NCBI GenBank assembly: GCA_030640725.1
Contig: DAOWIV010000047.1
Coordinates: forward strand, 1 to 28,977
Source: Methanosarcinales archaeon
GTDB lineage: Archaea > Halobacteriota > Methanosarcinia > Methanosarcinales > Methanogasteraceae
Length of the DNA stretch: 28,977 bases
Direction: 5' to 3'
Positions 17,108 through 26,157 of the stretch are shown here, in pieces; the first letter of the stretch is position 1, and each line of letters begins with the position of its first letter. The notes under the pieces were generated by a model. The model was not told where the DNA came from and made no database searches. It worked only from the letters and a program-made list of their open reading frames with translations. The position numbers were made by a program, and so were the translations under genes.

Positions 17108-19240
17108 TTACCTATCCTTATTCAGTGCCCCTCTGCTCCACCCTTCCACGAGTTCCCGCGACCACGCGCCATCGCAGACGATCATCTCGTCCCGGATCCA
17201 CTGTGGCAGGTGCTGCCTGACACCAAGCCGTTTCTCCTGTGAAAACCGTGCGTCGCAGAGTACAAGAACTCCGGTCTCGTCTGCTGACCTGTGCACCCTG
17301 CCGATCGCCTGAAGCGCTTTGTTTATCGCAGGAAGCGTATATGCGATGAACATTCCCTGTTCTTTCCCGTATTTTCGCTGGTAGTATGTGTTTACGAGTT
17401 TCTGCACCTCTGAGAATGCCGCGAGCGGAAGTCCAACGACGATTGCCCCTTTCAGGGCTTCTCCGTAATAGTCGATCCCTTCGCTCATCTTTCCACCACA
17501 TACTGCAAGCAATACCCCTTTCTCCATGCTGCGTCCCGATTCAAAGAACCGTTTCAATAGATCCGGGACATGTTTCGACTCTCTTGGCTCAGTGTACAGT
17601 ATCTTTCCGGATTCGTCCGCCATGCTCTCGCAGTACTCAAGATACTGGTCCATCATGAAGTATGATGTGAAATAGATAGCAACATTGCCCGAAACCCCTT
17701 TTATCAGCGCAGATATGTGAAACTCTATCTCTCTTCGATTTTCAGCATCGTTCCGGTACGCAGACTGGGTTGTTGCATTTTTTGCCCCGAGCACGAGTCG
17801 TTTCTCCTTCGGAAACTGGTTCGGGATGGCTAACATCTCAGCCCGCCCGCGCTTGCCGAAATAGTAGAGTTCATAAGCGTCCGGGGGGGACAGGGTCCCT
17901 GAAATCATCACAGTGGCGTGGACCGTATCAGCGATGCCTGATATGATCGGGCTTGGGTCGAGGCTGCGGATCTCAAGCGTCAGCCATCGATCCTCGCTCA
18001 TCGATTTTACGGGAAGATATGAGGAATCATCTTTTGCAAGGTGCGCCATGAACAGGAATTCGGCAATTCGCCCGAGAAATACATCGGCTGACTCAGAGGA
18101 CTTCTGTTTCCGGTTTCTGATGTTCTGCGCGAGTTTTAAGAGGTCAGAAACAGTCTGGGAATCATCCCGGGCGAGTCCAAGCCCGCCGTCTGAGTAGATG
18201 AAATCCGCAAACATCCTCGGATCGAACCAGTCTTCCCCCTGTTTTTTGTTCTGCCAGTTATCGAGCGTCTTTTCCATATATCTCTTGATCTTTGAGAGAA
18301 TGTCCTTTGCTGATCTGGCTATGATCCGGTCTTTCTCTCCTGAAAACTGGTTTACCTCGGATATCGCCTTATCGACGGCGTGCATCGTGATCGTGTCGCT
18401 GTTGATGCTTCTCACCGTGTCTCCGAGGTTGTGCGCCTCATCAATGAGTAGAATCGTATTTTCCGGATCGATCTCGAGCCAGTCAAAGAGAACATCCCGT
18501 CTCGTGTCGTCAAAGACGTGGTTGTAATTCAGAATGATAATGTCGGCGTTCTTCACGCTGATCGCCATCACTTCGTACGGGCAGGTCTGTGTGCAACGCT
18601 CCTGTAGCTCTTCAGGGTATAGAATCTCCTGTATGATCGATTCACTATCCTTCTTCGACTGTTTCGACGGTCTGAAATTCTCCACGCCCTCGAAAGTGTA
18701 TGCTTCCTTTGAAAACAGGTAATACGGACAGAACGTGCGGTATCCCGGAGTTTCGCCCCTGATCTCTGATTCTATCCCTGGATCGCTCGCCGGATCATAG
18801 ACGTTGTACTCCTGCGCACTCCGATTGTCCCGCCGCATCTTCTCGTGCAGTTTCGCTTCAAGAAAGTCCATCGTGAAGACCTTCATGAGATCGCATCCTG
18901 CGTAGACGTTCTCGAATTCGCCAGCCAGTTTACACATCTTTGGCTTTCCAACGAGATATGCGACCTTTGGAGTGTGTTCGGTCTCTTCCCTGATCTTTTT
19001 AATCTCATCGAGGTACACTCCGATCTGGCTCACGGTTCTGAGCACGACGACGATCTTGTTTCTTCCGCGGTTTGCAAGGAGTGATGCAATCACGCTGGTC
19101 TTGCCGCTTCCTGTCGGCGCATCGATCGCAAGGACGCGGTGTTCGCCGGCACGGGCGACTTCCTGCACCCGATCAAGCATCGTGTCCTGATGAGGGCGGA
19201 AGGCGGGGTAAGGAAACCAGTCTCTGTAGTTTTGGGTCAT
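17108..19240 (-). CDS. XPD/Rad3/DinG-family Fe-S DNA helicase
   Basis: Q-motif FRPHQ, APTGSGKT, four Cys (KMC, GC, FCPY, TCPY), DEAH, SGTL, SEGID and QAIGRVHRS. ATG 19240 preferred because the upstream extension is repeat-derived. Confidence 0.92.
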   Translation of the reverse strand: MTQNYRDWFPYPAFRPHQDTMLDRVQEVARAGEHRVLAIDAPTGSGKTSVIASLLANRGRNKIVVVLRTVSQIGVYLDEIKKIREETEHTPKVAYLVGKPKMCKLAGEFENVYAGCDLMKVFTMDFLEAKLHEKMRRDNRSAQEYNVYDPASDPGIESEIRGETPGYRTFCPYYLFSKEAYTFEGVENFRPSKQSKKDSESIIQEILYPEELQERCTQTCPYEVMAISVKNADIIILNYNHVFDDTRRDVLFDWLEIDPENTILLIDEAHNLGDTVRSINSDTITMHAVDKAISEVNQFSGEKDRIIARSAKDILSKIKRYMEKTLDNWQNKKQGEDWFDPRMFADFIYSDGGLGLARDDSQTVSDLLKLAQNIRNRKQKSSESADVFLGRIAEFLFMAHLAKDDSSYLPVKSMSEDRWLTLEIRSLDPSPIISGIADTVHATVMISGTLSPPDAYELYYFGKRGRAEMLAIPNQFPKEKRLVLGAKNATTQSAYRNDAENRREIEFHISALIKGVSGNVAIYFTSYFMMDQYLEYCESMADESGKILYTEPRESKHVPDLLKRFFESGRSMEKGVLLAVCGGKMSEGIDYYGEALKGAIVVGLPLAAFSEVQKLVNTYYQRKYGKEQGMFIAYTLPAINKALQAIGRVHRSADETGVLVLCDARFSQEKRLGVRQHLPQWIRDEMIVCDGAWSRELVEGWSRGALNKDR

Positions 19241-19319
19241 CTGAAGTTGTTTGGAGTTGTTTAAGGTCATTTGTTTGATGGATGTCATTCTTTCACATCA
19301 GGATCGTATCTCATAATAG

Positions 19320-20042
19320 TTAATCCGTATTGTCCCTACTATTTCTACCGTCCCTGCCGCCCCGGTCACCCCGGCGGCTGTTCAGAGAAGGGGGCACATC
19401 CGGAACTCTCGAAGCGTTTCGGGCATCCGGGGCATTTCTGGCGTGGGTGGCACCTTTGTCCCCGCGAAACATCTTTGCAACGATATACATCTCAGCGCTT
19501 GCCTTGCGTGATGCCATGGGCGAGTGTGAATATACGTTTCTGAAGAGCGACTTCACGCTTTGCAGATATCCGGCGAATAAATCGCCATGAAACACTTTGA
19601 CAACAAAATTGCCGCCCGGTCTCAGGATCTTTTGTGCGCAGGCAAGCGCATGTTCAGCCAGATCGACCGACCGGGCATGGTCATAGCTCCAGTCGCCGGC
19701 AAGGTTTGGGGCGGCATCAGAGAGCACCACGTCAGCACTACCGACAACCTGCCTGATCGCACTGATGGTCTCCTCTGACCTGATATCGCCTCTGATGGTG
19801 ACGGCGCCATCGATGCGGCTGATCGATTGGAGATCCACGCCAACGACCGTGCCACGGTTTCCTGCAAGTTCCGCCGCCACCTGTGTCCAGCCACCCGGCG
19901 CCGCACCCAGATCGACAACTACATCGCCACGTCTGATGATGTGGAACCGTGTATTGATCTGTTTGAGCTTATACGCTGCTCTTGATCGATAACCTTCTTT
20001 CTTTGCCATTTTGTAGAAATGATCATGCCGGTTGCGCGCCAT
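19320..20042 (-). CDS. rlmE: 23S rRNA (uridine-2'-O)-methyltransferase RlmE/FtsJ
   Basis: GYRSRAAYKL, VDLGAAPGGW, VLSDAAPN, FVVKVF and SRKASAEMY motifs. Confidence 0.95.
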   Translation of the reverse strand: MARNRHDHFYKMAKKEGYRSRAAYKLKQINTRFHIIRRGDVVVDLGAAPGGWTQVAAELAGNRGTVVGVDLQSISRIDGAVTIRGDIRSEETISAIRQVVGSADVVLSDAAPNLAGDWSYDHARSVDLAEHALACAQKILRPGGNFVVKVFHGDLFAGYLQSVKSLFRNVYSHSPMASRKASAEMYIVAKMFRGDKGATHARNAPDARNASRVPDVPPSLNSRRGDRGGRDGRNSRDNTD

Positions 20043-20053
20043 TGTCTGGTATC

Positions 20054-20899
20054 ATGGCAGGCACGCCACATAATATGAACGAAACGAACAAGACCGGTGA
20101 GACAATCGAGACCGACGAGACAATCGAGAAGGCGGAGCGCGTGAAAGATGCGCTTTTGGAACGCGGCAGCATCCTGATCGCGTTCTCCGGAGGTGTGGAT
20201 AGTTCGGTGCTCGCAAAACTTGCAAAGCTCGCAGAGCCGGGCGGTGCAACGGTGCTTGCCGCAACCGCCAGCTCAGAGCTGCTCGGGGATCGCGGGCTTG
20301 CCCACGCCAGGAATATAGCAGATGAGATCGGCATAGAACTTCAGGTCTTCAAGTTTAGGATACTCGAAGATGGCGAATTCACGGAAAATCCGCGTGACAG
20401 GTGTTATCACTGCAAAAAACACATGATCATGGAATTGCAGAAGATCGCAGCAGAAAACAGGATCGAAACAATCGCGGATGGGACAAACATGACCGATCTT
20501 GCCAGGGATAGACCGGGATATGCTGCGATCAGGGAAGCGGATGTTTTCACACCGTTTGTAGATTTTATGCTGGAGAAGTCGGAAATCAGGGAGCTTGCCC
20601 GACATTTCGGACTCTCTGTCGCAGATGTCCCGTCAGAGTCGTGTTTTGCCACCCGGATCCCACATGGAACCAGGATCACGATTCCACGACTCTCTCGTAT
20701 TGCGAAGGCTGAATCGGTGCTCCATGCACACGGGCTATGCAGTGTCAGGGTCAGGACCTGGGGGCACGACCGGCTCGCATGTATCGAGGTCCAGCCCCGT
20801 GATCTCGACCGGTTCATCGCTGTGCAGGAGGATGTGACCGATGCATTTGGGCGGATCGGGTTTGATCGCGTGGTGCTTTATAGGGTTCGGGATGTGTGA
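20054..20899 (+). CDS. larE: LarE-like PP-loop ATP-dependent sulfur transferase
   Basis: AFSGGVDSS, RCYHCK, DGTN..D..RPG and SCFATRIPHG motifs. The start is ATG 20054 or 20075, because the ORF-track start at 19982 overlaps rlmE. Confidence 0.85.
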   Translation: MAGTPHNMNETNKTGETIETDETIEKAERVKDALLERGSILIAFSGGVDSSVLAKLAKLAEPGGATVLAATASSELLGDRGLAHARNIADEIGIELQVFKFRILEDGEFTENPRDRCYHCKKHMIMELQKIAAENRIETIADGTNMTDLARDRPGYAAIREADVFTPFVDFMLEKSEIRELARHFGLSVADVPSESCFATRIPHGTRITIPRLSRIAKAESVLHAHGLCSVRVRTWGHDRLACIEVQPRDLDRFIAVQEDVTDAFGRIGFDRVVLYRVRDV

Positions 20900-21100
20900 T
20901 CAAGCAGTGCTGCGAATGGTCAGGATCAGCACAGACCTTGCAAATGATGATCAATTCGACGTTGCAATAATCTTTGCCGCCGGTTTGCTCGTGGTATCAA
21001 GCTCAACTTCGGAATCCAAAAAAACAGCCGCTACCATTCAATTATCCCCAAAAAACCCGGGAATTCTTACGTCTCGGTATGGTTCTTCCACGACTTTTCA

Positions 21101-22432
21101 TCATAACTGTCGAGCCACAATAGCACCCGGGCGCACAGTCACATACCCAACCGGATCCTTCACAGCCACCACATCAAGCGCAGTAACCACCATATCCGCA
21201 CCCGCCGCTCCGGCTAAACTCGGCACAGTACGCCCCTCGTCGCCTGAGACCAGTTCCTTCACGTACAATCCAGCCTCACACTCGATTCTGATCACGGCAA
21301 AGTCCTCTGAGAACGATTCAAGCATGACCGAATACACCTTCCGCACCCGCACCAGATCAGCTCTCCGGTGGACGACCCTTGATGGTGTGCGCTGCCTGAT
21401 CGTGCCGGTTATGGCGTCAAGCGCCCTGACCAGCATATCCTGATCCACGCCTGCACACGAGACTGTTGCAAGATAGACCTTGTCATGTTTCATTGATTTC
21501 AGTTTTCCGACCATCTCGCGGTCAACGAACGTGAGACCAGAGACAACGACCCTTCCTTCACAGTATTCATTGATCTCCTGAGTAAGTGCTGCAAGATCGG
21601 TGCTGCGCCTGTGAGGCTCCCTGACTTCGATGATGAACGGACGCCCGTCCCCGAGCATACGTGCGTCAACATCTTCACGCCCGGCTCCGTGAAAGACGGT
21701 GTCAACAGCGGACATTGCCTCGATGACGCGGGTTGCGATGAGTTCTTCGACCGATTCAACACCCATCTGCCCTGTAAAGCCGCATTCCTCGCACCCCTTC
21801 CCATGGCATGCCCTGCACGACCATCTGGTCTGCGGGATGCCGCGCATCAATTTCTTATACCTGCCGTAGATGTAGACCGACCTGATCTGCAGGCAAACCG
21901 CCGCATCTGCAAGATCGAGTATGGCAACGACGTCCGGTTTTGTGAAATCCACGCTTTTCTGCGTCTTGTCTGCTATGAGCTTGCCGACCTCGCGGTTGAG
22001 TTCGGATTTAAGCGGCTCAGCATAATCGGTCCCGACAATCTCCCATAGCAGCTCCTCGTTCTCGGATAATAGCCCGCTTAACCGCGTTCCGACAAGGAAC
22101 GTCTCGTGTTCGCACCCGTCCAGAGCCTCAAGCGCCCTTGACGCCCAGGTGTCCAGTTCCTCAAATGCCCCGTTACAGACCCAGCACCGTCCCGATCCCG
22201 CGGCCTCCGTATCTGCACTCGTATCTCTGGCACCTGCATCCTCTCCCCCATCGTCTGCGCCCACGTCCGCGATCATGTCGAGCACCAGCCGGATCGCACG
22301 CCCGCGCTCCAGATTTGTCGTGCCGGTCGAGAGCTTTGCAAACTGCCGTCCAAGACAGTGGTCGCAGATTGTACCCTCACGCAGGATTGCGCGTGCGATC
22401 TCTAAGATCAGACTGTCACGGTCATGACTCAT
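21101..22432 (-). CDS. pus10: tRNA pseudouridine(54/55) synthase Pus10
   Basis: [29 protein letters not shown], catalytic [11 protein letters not shown] and [11 protein letters not shown]. Start corrected to ATG 22432. Confidence 0.95.
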   Translation of the reverse strand: MSHDRDSLILEIARAILREGTICDHCLGRQFAKLSTGTTNLERGRAIRLVLDMIADVGADDGGEDAGARDTSADTEAAGSGRCWVCNGAFEELDTWASRALEALDGCEHETFLVGTRLSGLLSENEELLWEIVGTDYAEPLKSELNREVGKLIADKTQKSVDFTKPDVVAILDLADAAVCLQIRSVYIYGRYKKLMRGIPQTRWSCRACHGKGCEECGFTGQMGVESVEELIATRVIEAMSAVDTVFHGAGREDVDARMLGDGRPFIIEVREPHRRSTDLAALTQEINEYCEGRVVVSGLTFVDREMVGKLKSMKHDKVYLATVSCAGVDQDMLVRALDAITGTIRQRTPSRVVHRRADLVRVRKVYSVMLESFSEDFAVIRIECEAGLYVKELVSGDEGRTVPSLAGAAGADMVVTALDVVAVKDPVGYVTVRPGAIVARQL

Positions 22433-22892
22433 CTGGTATCTCAAGCTCCCCGCTATCGATTGCCCGCTGCGCATCTCTCGGCGGCATCCCCTCAACGGTC
22501 ACGCCCATCGGCACGCACGTACCGATAATCTCCTTTGCAGTCTGTTTCGGCGTGTAAGAAAGAACATCGTCCTGTTTTGCGCGTGCAATCCGCAGCACCT
22601 GCTCGATGGTAAGATTTCCAACAATTTCATCCTCTGAAGCACCCTTTTCGATCCCGATTTCCTTCAGGATCAGGGCAGGAGTCGGAGGTATTCCGACCTC
22701 GATGGTCACATTCTTATTAGCATCAACGATTACCTTGACAGGCACCTGCATGCCGTCAAATTCCTTTGTCGCCTCGTTGATGTCATCGACCACCTGCTTG
22801 ATATTGATACCAAGCGGACCAAGCGACGGACCAAGTGGAGGTCCGGCAGTCGCTTTTCCGCCGGGAACCAGTGATTCTACGATGTCTACCAT
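22422..22892 (-). CDS. rpl11: 50S ribosomal protein L11 (uL11)
   Basis: [23 protein letters not shown] and [14 protein letters not shown] motifs. AGGTGA RBS. Confidence 0.97.
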   Translation of the reverse strand: MVDIVESLVPGGKATAGPPLGPSLGPLGINIKQVVDDINEATKEFDGMQVPVKVIVDANKNVTIEVGIPPTPALILKEIGIEKGASEDEIVGNLTIEQVLRIARAKQDDVLSYTPKQTAKEIIGTCVPMGVTVEGMPPRDAQRAIDSGELEIPDES

Positions 22893-23008
22893 TTCATATC
22901 ACCTTTGTGTTAGGGGGATTGTAACTGCATGGTAGATAAACTCACTCTGGCAGTTTTCGGACACTTGATAGAAATCCTTTTGGCGACCTGCCCTCACATT
23001 CAGCATGT

Positions 23009-23887
23009 ATGACTGAACTTGTGGTATTCGGGCAGGATGAGATGAAACATTACCTGCGCCTCTTCGCAGAGGCGATCAAACTCGGTCTCCGCTTCAATCT
23101 GCTGATAGAAGGACCGCCCGGCACAGCAAAGACGCTTGCCGTGAACCAGATGATTGCTTCGCTGAGAGCCGATATCGGGGACGTTCCTTATGTCCGGGTG
23201 ACTGGCAGCCATGACGCGCTCCCGTGCGACCTGATCGGCGACCTCGACATCGGAAAGTACAGGGAGGGTGAGATGGATATCCTTTCCGGACCCCTTTTTC
23301 GTGCGCACGGCAGCAACATACCTGGAATTGTGTATGCAGACGAACTGAACCGGTTCAGCGAGTACACGCTAATCATATTCACCGAGATCATGGCAGAGTG
23401 GCAGGTATCGTTCCCGAAGACCCCGCTCACCAAGCCGCTCCGCGCAAACGTGATCGCAACCATGAACCCGTACGACATCTCTGGCATCACCGATGTGCCG
23501 CAGCACATTCTGGACCGGTTCAATGCAAGGATCGTGGTCAATTATCCTGACAAAGAGACCGAACTCATGATCATAGCCCAGCACGCAGATTATTACTATA
23601 AAAGTCTTGCACCGCGCCTTAAAAAACTGTTCTCTCCGCTCATAAGTACCACGAGAGCGATGCGGAAGCTCGGAGTCCATCTTGGACCGAGAATATATCT
23701 GTCAACCCTTGATCTGCTTGCGCTGGAACTGTCCTCAAACGGTCCGGTCGATCACGAGACTGTAATCTGGCATTACGAGAATGCAATTCGGTCCAGGATC
23801 GGAAACCTTGATGAAGACAAGCAGTCCGAATTCCTGAGCACTGCATCGATCGCGCTGCGCGGGGAACTCACCGGGCAGAAGAGGTGA
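23009..23887 (+). CDS. MoxR/ChlI-like AAA+ ATPase
   Basis: Walker A GPPGTAKT, DALPCDLIG, Walker B YADELNR, sensor-1 ATMNP, arginine finger LDRF and sensor-2 GPR. Confidence 0.88.
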   Translation: MTELVVFGQDEMKHYLRLFAEAIKLGLRFNLLIEGPPGTAKTLAVNQMIASLRADIGDVPYVRVTGSHDALPCDLIGDLDIGKYREGEMDILSGPLFRAHGSNIPGIVYADELNRFSEYTLIIFTEIMAEWQVSFPKTPLTKPLRANVIATMNPYDISGITDVPQHILDRFNARIVVNYPDKETELMIIAQHADYYYKSLAPRLKKLFSPLISTTRAMRKLGVHLGPRIYLSTLDLLALELSSNGPVDHETVIWHYENAIRSRIGNLDEDKQSEFLSTASIALRGELTGQKR

Positions 23888-24007
23888 GTGGAGGGGGCGC
23901 TCCTCGCGATCAGAAACCGTGCCGGTTGCAGTTGGCAGTTTGCAAATCTTACCCGCCACCACACGCACCGGTTACATTAAATACCATTGGCAGCGAGAAT
24001 ACCGGAC

Positions 24008-24247
24008 ATGGATGTAACTAATTTATCTGAACTTCAGGATGCGGTGGACGTCAGTGAAAAAGAGTTTTCGGAAGTATCCAAATCGATAGCAGGGTTGGAA
24101 GAATCAGAATATCAGGACAATGAGACCTATATGTCTGATTTTTATGAGCGTATCCATCTGTTCATGGATAAAACAACCGAACTAGTCACATCATATCGAG
24201 AATACATCGCTGCGCTTGAGGATGCATGTACAGAGCAAGGAGAATAG
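24008..24247 (+). CDS. Small acidic helical protein of unknown function
   Basis: 79 aa from ATG 24008 with 21 Asp/Glu versus 5 Lys/Arg. TATA-like ATTAAATA at 23976-23983 suggests a leaderless mRNA. Overlaps the cfbC start by 22 nt. Confidence 0.7.
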   Translation: MDVTNLSELQDAVDVSEKEFSEVSKSIAGLEESEYQDNETYMSDFYERIHLFMDKTTELVTSYREYIAALEDACTEQGE

Positions 24248-25023
24248 CTATCTACGGCAAAGGCGGGATTGGTAAGTCCAGCACAGCGTCAAACGTTGCA
24301 GCAGCGTGTGCTGACGAAGGGCGTTCGGTTACCATCATCGGATGTGATCCGAAGAGCGACTCCTCGATCACACTGCTAAGTGGCAGGCGGATTCCAACGG
24401 TAATGGACTTGATGCGGCAGGGGGTTGAGTTATGCGAGGAAAACGTCGTTTATGAGGGTTATAAGGGTGTTAAATGCGTGGAAGTCGGTGGACCCGAGCC
24501 AGGAGTCGGCTGCGCCGGCAGGGGCATCATCATCGCCGTAAATATGCTGCAAAAGGTCACATCTGCCATCAAGGACAGTGATCTCGTGATCTATGATGTG
24601 CCTGGCGACATTGTGTGTGGCGGCTTTGCGGCACCGATTCAGAAGAATCTGGTCAACGAGGCATACATTCTTTCATCTGGTGAATATATGCCAATTTATG
24701 CTGCAAACAACATCGCAAAGGGACTTCAAAAGCTAAAAATGCCGCTGAGTGGTGTAATCTGTAATTCAAGAAACGTTACACGAGAAAAAGAGATCATAAC
24801 CGAGTTTGCATCTGGAATCGGGAGTGAACCCGTTGCATTCATACCAAAAGACGATATCGTGCAGGAATGCGAGCGGGAAGGCTTCTCTGTGATCGAAAGA
24901 GCGCCGGATTCCGCAATCGCCGACGTATACCGAAAGCTTGCGACTGCGATCATGAATTGCGAAGAATCCGTGATACCGGTTCCGATGGATGATGCTCGTC
25001 TGCGTGAATTGATCAAAGTATAA
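24226..25023 (+). CDS. cfbC: NifH-like reductase subunit CfbC of the Ni-sirohydrochlorin a,c-diamide reductive cyclase (F430 biosynthesis)
   Basis: [59 protein letters not shown] and [13 protein letters not shown], all closely resembling Methanosarcina CfbC. Confidence 0.88.
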   Translation: MYRARRIAIYGKGGIGKSSTASNVAAACADEGRSVTIIGCDPKSDSSITLLSGRRIPTVMDLMRQGVELCEENVVYEGYKGVKCVEVGGPEPGVGCAGRGIIIAVNMLQKVTSAIKDSDLVIYDVPGDIVCGGFAAPIQKNLVNEAYILSSGEYMPIYAANNIAKGLQKLKMPLSGVICNSRNVTREKEIITEFASGIGSEPVAFIPKDDIVQECEREGFSVIERAPDSAIADVYRKLATAIMNCEESVIPVPMDDARLRELIKV

Positions 25024-25047
25024 AAGAGTATAGAAGGCTGCAAAATC

Positions 25048-26091
25048 ATGAACAAACGGGTCGTACTTGATATTCTCACAAACATTCTGAAATCGCAAGG
25101 GTATAGCGTAAAGTTGCATAATGCGGGCTGGGATAGTCCGATGAACATGCTGGATACCAATCCGGCTGATTCGATGGTTGATCTGGTGGTGGAAAAGGAT
25201 GGAAATACAACATACATCCGGTGTGGAGAGACCGAAGACGATTTGCAGCGTTTTGGAAGCACAGTACGCGGATCTGCCGACGCTTTATTCATATCTGACG
25301 AAATCACTGATTGGACCGGCGTTTTTGCAGAACAGCACAGGATCAGGACGTGGGATCGTGACGAACTTGAGATCCGCATAGGAAAGGCGATCCTTGCAGA
25401 GGCAGAGGGCACGCATTATGATTTTCTGGGATCAGCAAGCTATGGTTATGACCGATACGGCAGAAACAACAGGATTCTGATGCCAGAGAGCACAGAAACT
25501 GCTGCTCGCACCGTCGATGATACCAACTCGTGCAATCTGCTCCAGTTGCGATGCGCTCCGATCATGGTGGATGAAAAACGTGCGATATCGACCGCAAAAG
25601 GGTTTGTCAGCGATATAAGGAATGTTGCCATAGAATTTGTGCCTTTCTGGAATTACAAATGCGATGTTGATGGATATCAGCAACATAAAACGAAGATGGT
25701 GCATATATCAGCCCAGGATCGGGGTGCGATCAATGCTCTCAATAAGCAGAAATATGAATACATAATGGAGATACGCGATCAAATATCAGTTCCTTGCGAG
25801 AATTACGCGATAAACAGTTCGGTCATGTCAAAAGAAGAAGCTGAGAAACTGATACTGGACGATGCAATCACGAGCAACACGAAAACCATGTCATTCACCA
25901 GTAAATCCGGCGATGCCATCATAACCGAGCACAAAACCATAAAACCGAGACCGGGAGACATTACGCTCGCTGTGGAGCTGGTCTATCTGCCGTTCTGGGC
26001 GGTTGACGGTGCGAGCCGCAGCATCAAGATCAATGCCTGCGACGGTAGCGCTGTGACTGAACCGATCGACGACGATATCGAGTTTCTATAG
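25048..26091 (+). CDS. Hypothetical protein with a degenerate Mrr-like PD-(D/E)XK N-terminal domain and a duplicated C-terminal module
   Basis: ILKSQGYSV..VDLVVEKDG..YIRC resembles the Mrr fold. Repeated motifs FVPFWNY..AINALN and YLPFWAV..KINACD. Confidence 0.6.
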   Translation: MNKRVVLDILTNILKSQGYSVKLHNAGWDSPMNMLDTNPADSMVDLVVEKDGNTTYIRCGETEDDLQRFGSTVRGSADALFISDEITDWTGVFAEQHRIRTWDRDELEIRIGKAILAEAEGTHYDFLGSASYGYDRYGRNNRILMPESTETAARTVDDTNSCNLLQLRCAPIMVDEKRAISTAKGFVSDIRNVAIEFVPFWNYKCDVDGYQQHKTKMVHISAQDRGAINALNKQKYEYIMEIRDQISVPCENYAINSSVMSKEEAEKLILDDAITSNTKTMSFTSKSGDAIITEHKTIKPRPGDITLAVELVYLPFWAVDGASRSIKINACDGSAVTEPIDDDIEFL

Positions 26092-26157
26092 ATATGCTGG
26101 AAGTATAGTCCTTTTACGTGTTCCAGCCGATTCGTTGTATATGGAGACCTGCAAAAT

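Noticed and set aside
24226-25023. Nitrogenase nifH and nitrogen fixation
   Set aside because: The sequence matches the CfbC clade ([23 protein letters not shown]) and there are no nifD/K/E/N genes.
26096-26127. 7-bp inverted repeat GCTGGAA/TTCCAGC with an ORB-like GTTCCAG start
   Set aside because: It lacks the GAAA half of an ORB, and a single 7-bp stem is within chance expectation.
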